DNA from: a virus | Length of the DNA stretch: 44,073 bases | IMG/VR virus record: IMGVR_UViG_3300045988_151777 | Location: 1-44,073 of that record | Strand: one strand, 5' to 3' | Shown: positions 15,165 to 25,300 of the stretch, piece after piece | Layout of the letters: each line of letters opens with the position of its first letter | How positions within the stretch are numbered: the stretch's first letter is position 1 | Program-made: the position numbers and the translations under genes | The notes under the pieces: model-generated | Told to the model about the DNA's origin: nothing | The model's input: only the letters and a program-made list of their open reading frames with translations | Databases searched by the model: none

Positions 15165-16274
15165 TTAAACCTCTTCTTTGTATACAACCTTACGGCTCAA
15201 GTCGGCCACTGCCGCCGACGCTTCGCCCGCCAAAGCCAGCGCTTCAGCCACATCACCCTTGCCGAGAGCGCCGATCCAAATATCCAGCTCGTCCCCGGCC
15301 TTCGCGTCAAACGTCAGGCGGAACGTGGTGGAAAACGTATCCTGCGCCCCGACTTCCGTGAAGTTCTGCCCGATAGCAAGAACGAGGCCGTTCCAAGCAA
15401 CTCGTAGATGGTGACGGTCCACGAGGTACTTGATACCTGACGGGATGACGATATCTGTGCCAGCGGGCGTATCAGCCGACAGCGCCCAAAATTTCTCGGC
15501 GCATCCTGTGCCGTTCACGATCAGAGTGTTGTCAGCCTCAGCCTTGATCCGGTCGATCTGAGTATTACCCTCGCTGACAAGGCGCTGATCCTGCCTATCG
15601 CCTTCGGTGACAAGGCGCTGATCCTGCCTATCGCCTTCGGTGGCGAGCCGCTGATTTTGCTTGTCGCCTTCGGTGACAAGGCGCTGATACTGCCTATCGC
15701 CTTCCGTTGTAATGGCGTCGATGACTTCTTTCTGATGTTCGAGAATGTCGTCCCGACTTTTCTTCGCATCCGCCGCACTCGCGGCGGCGGCTTCCGCGTA
15801 GCCCTTAGCGATGTCCGTTGCAGTTTCAGCCGCGTCGAGGAGCTTTTGCTTCAGCTCCTGCGGGGTCATCGAGTCTGTGGGATCAGTAACAATGGCGCGC
15901 TCAACTTTCTCCAAAAGCTGCTGTGACAAAATGGTTTGTTTGTCGTCAACCTCATTAAGCGTCTCAGGATAGAAGCCGCCTTTGTTTGTAAAAACTGCCA
16001 ACTGGTTGTACGGCACGTTGCTGATAATCGCCAAGCGAATACCTTCCGCTAAGGCCTTTTTCAGCACCACCTTTCCGCCCGGGGATATGTCTTGGTTTGC
16101 GTTTAATGAAACCGTATAGTCCGTGTTGAGTACCAATGTCTCTTCGCCGTTATCGGACGAACGCGCAACAATGAGCTCACTATCCTCAAAAATTTTGAAA
16201 GAAAAAGCAAACTCTGTAGTTGCCCCGTTACCGGTATACGGCCCGGCGCGCCGAAGTGTAGAAGCGACAGTCAT
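15165..16274 (-). CDS. Tail fibre protein with N-terminal particle-attachment domain and 11-aa tandem repeats
   Basis: The N-terminus GPYTGNGATTEFAFSFKIF...DYTV resembles podovirus fibre/spike adaptor domains. It sits after the giant internal protein, as T7 gp17 does. Confidence 0.7.
   Translation of the reverse strand: MTVASTLRRAGPYTGNGATTEFAFSFKIFEDSELIVARSSDNGEETLVLNTDYTVSLNANQDISPGGKVVLKKALAEGIRLAIISNVPYNQLAVFTNKGGFYPETLNEVDDKQTILSQQLLEKVERAIVTDPTDSMTPQELKQKLLDAAETATDIAKGYAEAAAASAADAKKSRDDILEHQKEVIDAITTEGDRQYQRLVTEGDKQNQRLATEGDRQDQRLVTEGDRQDQRLVSEGNTQIDRIKAEADNTLIVNGTGCAEKFWALSADTPAGTDIVIPSGIKYLVDRHHLRVAWNGLVLAIGQNFTEVGAQDTFSTTFRLTFDAKAGDELDIWIGALGKGDVAEALALAGEASAAVADLSRKVVYKEEV
15543..15707. 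repeat. 33-bp tandem repeat array (about 5 copies) inside the tail fibre gene
   Basis: 15576-15608 and 15609-15641 are identical. Diverged copies are at 15642-15674, 15675-15707 and 15543-15575. The array encodes (TEGDRQxQRLV)n. Confidence 0.9.
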
Positions 16275-16316
16275 GGAGAAATCCTCGTGATGTCGGAATT
16301 CTCCATAGACGCCGCT

Positions 16317-16335
16317 TCAACAACTGCACCCCCTA
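16317..16335 (-). promoter_or_regulatory. Conserved late-region motif, copy 4 (TAGGGGGTGCAGTTGTTGA)
   Basis: Identical 17-mer. It includes the TAG stop of the giant ORF and lies 42 nt upstream of the fibre ATG. Confidence 0.6.
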
Positions 16336-19300
16336 CTCATCGATCTTTCCGGAGAAACCGAACAACGGTGCCAGAACGGCGTCCACGCCCTCGGCCTGGC
16401 CGGATTCGATGGCACGGACGCCCTTGATCGTCCGGTTGATCTGCGTGGACGGTGCACCGGTCAGAGAGCCGGCAATGTCAACGAGGGCTTTCAACCCACG
16501 CCAACTCAAGGGATCAGTGGCCGCCTGCATTGCATTGGCCGTGTTGGCAATCATGCGGGTGCCGGCAGGGCCGTTATAGCCGAACAAAGGTTCGCCGGCG
16601 ATAAGCGACTTGGCCGTGCTGGAGACCTCTCGCAGCCCCAAGAAAAGCCCCAGGTGATATTCGACCACGGCACCCAAAGGTTTACGCAGCCACTGTTTCG
16701 TCCAGTCCTCATCGTCGTCATCATCCGAGTCATGCGCCTGCAGCGCCTCACGGAACAACGACTCAAGTACCGGCATCACGGCACCCATGAAGAGCAACCG
16801 TGCCGCAGCCTTCGCCCGGTCATTCTCGCCCATAGCTTCCACGACACCCATATTGAGCGCCGCGTTCATCCACGAGTAGAAGACCGTGAAGAGTCGCGCC
16901 CCCTGACTCCGTTCAATGGCGGACAGATCAGACACATTACCGGACGACTGCGTATCAATCACCACCTGGTCAGCCATAGCAATCGCCTTGTCCTCGGAAT
17001 TCCCCTCGCGGGTGTAACGCTCATAGGCCGCCTGCCACGCGATGGAATCCACGATATTTTGCATGATGGTCATCATGACGTAGGAGTGATCTTTGAACCA
17101 GTGCTTGCCAGACTCAAGCCGGTTCCGAACCTGCGCGATTTCACGGTTCTGCGTGAGTCCGCGCAGACGCATGGCTTCCGACTTCTTGGTGATGGCTCTA
17201 TGCAACCCCACCGGATCCGAAATGAACTTCCCGACGGCCGTCATCACGGGGGCGATCCCTACGCGCGGGATGACGTACCCTATGCCCGTCAGCTGGACAA
17301 AGGCCGACGTGACACTGAAGCCCATCGTGGCAACGCCAACATTCGCCGCCATGCGGTTGACCCAACTGTCGGCAGAGTCACGGCCGCCTGTAGCAATGTC
17401 CTTGCGCCAGTCTTCGAACTGCTTAGCCACAAGGTAACCATACCGCTCCTTAATAGCCTGACGCAGTCCAGAGTCCCGGCCGTTCACACCGTCCAAAACA
17501 CGCTTGGTTTCGATCAGCCATTCGTGCCAAGCCAGATCATGGATGACATCATTGAAGCCTTCATATAGGGCTGCTAGATCGATTCGAAGCGGCATGTGCA
17601 CGTCACCCTGCGCACGGGACTTGGTGAAGGATCGGCGCGTCGTGGCGGACTGGTAGGCACCCTGCATTTCCTGCCGGACATCGTTGGCGTCGGCGTACTT
17701 GGCCGCGCGGTTCGATCCACGGGGGTCAAACTTCACCGGATAGTAGCCGCCGGACACCTGGATGATTTTCCCTTCGGCCGTCTTCACCATGAAGGGCTGA
17801 TAGTCGATCCACTCAGGTTCCGTGCCGAATACCCGCTTTTCCTTCTCCGCAATAAGCGGACGCAACTCCTCGAATTGCTGCCACACGGCTTCAACGCCCC
17901 TCCAGTCGGCTTCCGTCAACGTAGCGAAAATGGCCTGCAGCGCTTCATCCGTGAATCGACAATCGCCATCCACCAGGCGCTGACGGTTACTGTCGTTGCC
18001 GCAGTTCAATGCCACAGCGATTCTTTGCCCGTGTGTGAGGGGCTTGGAGAACCCCGGGATGATTACCGGGTCTTCATCCTGGCTCTTCTTAAACACCGGG
18101 GCCAGCTTTTCGGCCAATGTCTTCGAGACCTTGGCGCGCATGGAGTTTTCAAACGTCGAACGCTCGTTGGCCGAACGGATGAACAAGTTCCAGAAGAAAC
18201 CGCCCGACTGGTTCTGGTCGAAGATTCGGCACCAGGACTGAATCTTGACGTGGTTCAACAAGAACTGATGCACGTTGTCGCGCCAGCGCTCCCAACGGGT
18301 AAAGGGTACTCGTTCGTTTTCAATGACGTCACGCCCCTGGCGGTCGGCCGCTTCCTTAATGGCCTCCTTGCCCTCCTTCACAATTTCATCAATACGACCC
18401 AGTTCCTCCGCAAGGTTCTGGTTATAGACGTTACGGCCCAGCGTCTCCAGCTGCTTCAACACCGAGAAGAAGTCCTGAGAGTCGTAGCCCGTCATGTCCT
18501 TGGCGTGCTCGTGCGAATCAATGAAGCGTTGCAGTCCTTCAATCGGCGTGCCGGCGTCCTCGACCTCCTTAATGAGTTCCTGCAACTGCGCCGGATCTGC
18601 GGCGAGTTTTCCGAAATCCTCCCGCTCCTTGGCCGTCATGCTCGCCACGCTGTGGGCGTCCAGCAGGGCCAGGATCAGTTTCTTGTAAGCCGGGTGAACG
18701 GTCTTACTCTTCATCGCCCGCTTAGCCATACGCACGCCACGCTGATAACGGTCGAGGGTTTCAAGGGCCGCACGAGCCATTTCGTGGTTAAGCACCTGAC
18801 CGCGCTTCGCTTCAAGGCATGCCCCGAAGTCAGCCTTGCGCATCGCTTGTTCGGCCATGGCGGCACAGCGCCGTTCGGCATTCATGAAAGTCCCCGGTCG
18901 AATGTCCGACAACTTCATGTTGCCGATCTGCTCAACCGCGTATTCGCGGGCGGCCGAGACCATCAGCTGCCGCTTGCCGAGAGCACGCGCCAGGGCATTA
19001 AATTCAGCCGTAATGAAGCGGGAACGGGTTTCGTTATGGGCGGCAAGGTTCGACTGCAACTCGTCGAATGCATCGGGATTCATGCCGCCCTCAATGCGCA
19101 CCTTGTAGGCCACGGACTTGATGGCCTCGGTCTTCGCGTCGTTCATGGACTTCAGTTCGAGTAGATCTCCGATAAGTCCGACGACGTCCGTCGTGCCGGC
19201 GGTATTGGCCAACACTTCAGGAGAGACCCCGCGGCCTTCCGTCACCCACCCGCGATCCATCAGCAACTGTGCCGTTTCCGCATCAATCCCGCAGCGGCTC

Positions 19301-22300
19301 AGCGGCTTGAGTTCAATCGTCATGCGGGACGTCGTGCCGTCCTCGCTCTTGAGGCCGTGCGTCAGCAACGACAACGCCCGGAACCGCGGTTCTTCCAGGA
19401 TTTCGTCGGTGCGCTTGTTCACTTCGTCCCTGCGTTCCCGCAGGATGCGGCGGGCCTCTTTGCGGCGAATGTTGCCGTAGATCCGCAGCACCCCGTGAAC
19501 GGCCTTAGCGATAAGGCCTTCGGCTTCTTGCGTCGCCTCTTCGTTGAGGGCGTTGTAGGCCGCCAGCTCCTCGTCGGTCATCCCCAGGCGCTTGCCGATC
19601 TCGCCGTCGAACAATGCGCGCATACCAAGTTTCTGCTGGGTCTCCATGGCCTGCTGTTCCGTGGCGAACATGAGGTCATAGAGCTTTCGGACTTCCGGGC
19701 TGATCGGGTGCGGTTGCCTTGTGGCCTGCGCGTAAATATCCATCAACCACTTTTTGAAGCGGCCGAAGATCGTCTTCATTTCTGCGTTCGGCGACACACC
19801 TTCGAGCAAGTAGGATTCGAAGCCCTCAGCAAAGAGCTCGTGCATCCCTCGCTGGTCATTGATTGGCATTGCGGCCCACGCACGGACAGCGGCAGCCACT
19901 GTCTTGAGATCATCGGTCACGCCGAGATCAAGCACGCCTTCCTGTTGTCCCCAGCGGAAAAACCCGCCGAGATTCGTGAGGAAGGCTCTCTCCCCGTCTG
20001 TCAACTCGCCGCCGGCCAATACCTTGTCCGCAATATCCTGCGCCAGCATTGTGTCGGCATCCAGCCATGCGTGAGCGGACTCATGCAGGAACGTGGACTT
20101 GTCGGCGCTTTCCATCAGCGTCATTACCCCGCCTTCGCCCGGACGTACGTCGCCGGCGTTGCTGGGCATCATGCTGCCGCGGGTTCCGGATTGTTCCGGC
20201 TGCTCGAGGATGTTGAGAATCTTGAGGGCCGTATCGTCCCAAATCACAGCACAGTTGCCGTCGGGTTCGCTGAAGTACTCAAGCCCCTTGATACCATAAA
20301 GGTTGAGGAGCTCGGAGGCCTCCTTGCTGCCGCCAGCATACGCCGTAAGCCAGCTGTAGACGTCGCGCCCTTCGGTCGAATCCTTGCCGATGAGTTCAAT
20401 CACCTTATTGCGGGCATCCGCTCGCGGGGACGTTGTGCCCTTGTCCAGGTCGTCCATGCCTTCGGCCACCAGGTCGAACGCCAAGTTCTGCAGCGCTTTC
20501 CGGACAACCACCGGCTGGTCAACCATAGCGGCTTCTTCGCTCAGAAGCACATCCGAGTCCGGAATTTCCGTCCGGTAAACGCGCCCCTCCGTGCTGGGCG
20601 TGTATTCGATGCTGTAGTCCTTCGGCTGCTGGTAGATCTTCGCGAGTTCGTTCCGCAGTTTGGACGACGTCGCCTTATCCACTTGGCCGCGTTCCGTGTC
20701 CTCGTTGAGGCGCTTGATGGCCGTCTCGGCCGCGCGCTTCACCTGCGCAGGCTTCGGATGCTTCTGCGTGCCCGGCATCTCCCGCAGCACCCACGTTGCG
20801 GCCAAGTCTTCCATGTCCGCGCTTTCGAGGTTGCGGCTGACGGGCTTCCCGTTCACCGTGTATTCCCCACCGCCGGCCAAGGCATCACGATAGCTTTCGG
20901 CCGTCTTGCGGTTCATGGCGAAGTAAAGGCCATAGCCGTGCTGCTGCGTGCCGGCGCCGGCCCCAATGTGATCCAGTGTGAAGCGGTCGAACTTGAAGGG
21001 AGAACCGTGGTAAGCCGTCTGGGCATACGCACCGGCAATACCGAGCGCAGCCTTTTCCTCGGCCTCGGCAAAGAAGGTGCCGATCTCTTCCGGAGAAGCG
21101 GAATCGAATTCGGTGTCGTCTACAATGCGGCCTTCCGGCGTGTTGTAGGACAGGGCCAGGTAATTCCCTTTGGAAGAGTTTTCAAGGATTCCCAGCTGTG
21201 CCGGCGTCGGCGGCCGCGAGATCGACGCGACTCCGTGAGCGGAATCGATTCGCATTGCACCGGTACGGGCCATGAAGTCATACATCGCCTGAACACCGCT
21301 TGTGTCCATGACTTCCGCGACGTCTGCGTGATCGACCTGACGGCCGTTAACGTCTTGTTCTTCAAGGCCCCAATGGCGTCCGGAGCCGTCCAACATCGTG
21401 CCGTCCGGAAGAATATAAAAGGCCTCGTCAATGTTATCCGTCGTGCCGAAGTTATCCACTGCCTTGCGGAGCAATTCTTCGTCCGGCGTGAAAGCGTTTT
21501 CGGAAGACTGGAAGAAACCGGTAGCCAACGCATTGTCAGCGTCCGGAAAGACTTCATGCACCAAAGCGTCGTCCGCTTCAGTCCACGTAATGTAGGGGAA
21601 GTTGTGCTTGATGCCGTTGCTGGGATCCTGGGCCAGCTTCTGCAGCTGGATCATGATCTTGCCGGGCACCTTGTACGGATCCAGCTTTCGTTCGATCTGC
21701 CGGCCATGTGCCGACGTCACGGCTGCGGCGTTGAGCGCCTGGACGCGACCCTGATACTGCGGCCGCACATTGTCGTGCTGATCCCCAAGAAGGCAAACGG
21801 CACCACCCCGGCCGAAATGGTGGACGATGTAACCGTCAAAGCCGGCCGCCTTGATAAAGTGCTCTGTCCACGTAAAAGCCCAGTCGTCGTTTGAAGACTC
21901 CTTGCGGCCCTTTGCCAACAACCCCAGCGGGTCTTCATCAAGGTCGTAGATATTGTTGAGCCAAATACTGTGCGCTTCGCGGCCAACACCTTCTTCCGGA
22001 ATGATCCCCTTTCCGGTGTCGAGATAGAAGTAGATGCGGGAGTAAACATCGCTGAGCGGCCCGGTCTTAGTGAGGCGTTTCAGTTCTTGGCCCTTCAGAC
22101 CGGTACCGTAGTAGCGAGAGTTGAGCGACGGCCGGTTGACCGCACTCATGTGAATGCCGAGTACTCGAACCGCATTGGGGCGGCCCTTTTCACCGTACTC
22201 AGCCGTAGTCGGTACGTCAGACTCGCGGACTATTCCGCCTTCGAATCTTTGGCCGCTTTCGCCCGGCGATCGTGTTCCGCGAACACCGCCTTCGGCAGAT

Positions 22301-25300
22301 CGTTCGTCCACCGATCGTACACCGCCTGTTCCTGCGGTGTATACCCCTGACTGTCCGAAGCCTCTTGGGCGGCTTGCGATTTTTGCTTTAATCGCTTGTG
22401 CCAGGCGCTTGTCTGTTTCGGACTGAAGATCAGCATCGTACCCAGCGGATGTTTCTTGTCGAACTCCGCCGCTTCTTCCGGTGTCATTTCTCGCATTTGT
22501 CTTTTCCTCTTCGGAGTAGGGCTCAAGGAAACCCGTGTAGGCATCTGAGACGCGATACACCATCTGGTCACCATAGCCTTCAACAATCGAGTTAAGCCCC
22601 GCTTTAATTGCCTCAATGTTCTCGGCGCCAACCGAAAGCATCATCACACCGCCGGCGGTGGACTGCCCCATAATCAGGCGTTCGCCGTTGGAGTCACGGA
22701 TCTGGTCGATATGGTTCCGGTAAAGGTCATCGACCTGTGCTTCGGTGAAGCCGTCCGGCAACTGGATTCGGATGACCTTGCTCGTGAACATTCCCTCGCC
22801 GTTGGTCTGGCTGATAGCCATAACCGAGTCCTGTCGCAGATAGGATGCTAACAGACGTCCGACCTTGACATAGTCTCCACCATCGGCAATACGACAAAGA
22901 ATCGAATAATTTGGGTCACCGAGATAGCCGCCGCGCTGAAGCTCAGGTTCACCAATGTGGGCATGAGTTTGTTCGGCCACACGCTCGAGCAACCACGGGA
23001 CGATTTCCCGAGTCACCGCAAGTTTATCCGCCGGCGACAATTCGTTCCACTGGGCCACGGCTTCCGCGTTGTTCGGATCCGGTGCGGCCTCCATCGTAAG
23101 CACCGGCTCGGGTTCCGGCTGACGGACGTCGTCGTAAAGCGTGACGCCGCTGCGGTCGTAGGTCTCCGTAATCCGGTCATTGAAAGGCGTGTCCTGCCAC
23201 GACAGTTTCGACAAGCCGCCGGCCGCGTCGAAGATCTTCTGTCGGGCCTCATCCGCCGAAATCTTGCCGGCGTCGAACTCCTTCCAAATGTCGTCAACCA
23301 CTGAGCGCAAGACTCGTTTGCGGTTCGGCTCAAAGAGGACTCGCACGGCCTCCCAGGTAATCGACTGTATCTCACGGGGGCTGAGGCCCACGCGTTCGGC
23401 CGCACGGCGGTAGGCTTCAAAGTGAAGCGGGTACGTGCCGTTCTGGCCGGACGTCTTGTTGCCGACGGCGCCAAAGTTGTCCTGCACCGGCTGACTGTTG
23501 GAGCTCTGAATCGTCAGGGTATCCGCACCCACGGCATGCGTGTCAATCGTCGCGGCCTTGGCGTTACTCGGGTCGTAAAGATTGTTGTAGAAGTCGCGTA
23601 CCTTGAACTGCGTACCGATCTTGTCATAGATGTTGTCTACGCTACCGTCCACGATAACCGATAGGGCGTCGGCGATGGACTGCGGGTTAAAGAAGAACGC
23701 CTTCGCCGGCTTCCCCTGACCGCCGGGCACACTCGCCAAACCGCCTACCCCGCCTTCAGGAGTGAGCACGTTGTAAGTGGACGGATTCGTTACGGCATCG
23801 TACGCGCGCACCCACAACGCGGCTCCGCGCATCTGATCGGCCTGAATGAGTTCTTCCAGGGACTTGCCCTTGATCTCGTCGAAGCTGACCTTCTTATCGG
23901 ACTCGCACAGAGTTTTCAACGCCGTCTGCATTTCGGCCGACGGCTTCTCGCGCCGGGCGCTGAAGTAAATATCAAACAAGCGTTCGGCGTTGGTCATGTT
24001 GTTGAACCAGCCGTTCTGGGGGCTGAAGATGGCAATCACGGCCGCCACCTGACGCAAGCGCAGACCGTAGCGCTGAGCCCACACACGGGCTGTCTTGTTG
24101 CCGCCGTCATACCACAACTTAGCGCGTTCACGTTCTGCCGCCGGCATCTTGTCATAAAGCCAAACAAGATTGTCGGCCATAAAGTCAATGATGCGTTCGG
24201 ACGCCTTACCGGCATTCCGGACACGGCCAACGGCACCCTTTACGCCGGGGATGGTTTTCATGGCCGCCACGGCGCGTTCAAAGTAGCGGCTGTTTTTCTT
24301 GGCTTCAGCGAAGTCTGCCCACTGCCGCGCGAACCGCGGGTTCGGGTAGTCCCCCTTCTTCACGGCGGCCTCAGACGGCATAGCCGTGGAAAGCTGCTGT
24401 TGGAACGCCGGAGTTTGCGACTGCTGCCGACGGATCCGTAGATTCATCTTGCCCATGATTTCCTTGGGGCTCAATCCGGTCTGCTTGGCACGGATAGCCA
24501 GCCAAGAAGCCCAGGGACGCGTCTGCAAGTCGGCCACATCTTCAGCCGTGCCGGCGTCGATCAACTGCTTGCGAATAGCGGCAACCTCGGTGTCAATGGC
24601 CTTACGCATCTCGGCGTCGGGCTTCGTGTCCTTCACTATCTTGTCGAAGGCCGCCACGGCTTCCTGTTTGCCGTTCTTCATGAAGTCCTCAGCCTGACGC
24701 GGACTCATGCCGTCGGCATCTACGCGGGACTCATAAAGGAGACTGTTGGCCGCTGCTTCATCCGTCGCTGCCAACTTCACGACGTCAGACACGGGGATAG
24801 CAACGTCGGACTTATTCTGGGCTGCCGTCTCAATGCGGGCCGCGAGTTCCGGAGCGGCCTGGCGAATCTTGTCTGGAACGCCGGCATCCACCAAGTCCTG
24901 AGCAAACGAGAACACGGACTTATCCTGGCCGACGTCGTTGGCCCATTCGGCAATCGTCTGGCCGTCCTTCACCTGTGTCCCCATGGCGGCCACGGCGGCC
25001 GTCACCCTCTGCATATTCTCGCCCAGCACCTTGGCAGCCTGCGCCTGTTGCTGTTGCGCGTTGTAGGCCGCGTTCACTGAAGCGCTCATAGAGACGACTT
25101 CCACCGGTGCAGACGTGAGTTCCCCAATGGCTTCAAAGAGGACGTCGGCCCAGTTGATTTCGTCACCGGCGGCAAGCGAACCGAGCGCTTCGCCGGCGCC
25201 GCCTAAGACACCCTGCAATCCGGCCTGCGTGAGGTGGTTCTCAAGGTTGTAGCCCCACATACCCCCGCGGGACGTCGGCGTTGCAGAGCGGGCCATACCG

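Noticed and set aside
15543-15707. CRISPR-like array
   Set aside because: - The 33-bp units are directly adjacent with no spacers.
- They are in frame and encode an 11-aa protein repeat inside a fibre gene.
12332-16274. Diversity-generating retroelement (expected in BPP-1-like phages) acting on the fibre genes
   Set aside because: - No reverse transcriptase ORF exists anywhere in the genome.
- No template/variable repeat pair with adenine-specific differences was seen.
- The two collar paralogues are ordinary diverged duplicates.
17596-21894. Very long plus-strand ORFs (522 aa and 845 aa, plus many 60-300 aa ones) antisense to the giant gene
   Set aside because: - Their R/G/H/V/L-rich composition is junk-like, and they have no SD.
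- They mirror the codon bias of the minus-strand gene.
- Long stop-free antisense frames are expected in GC-rich coding DNA.
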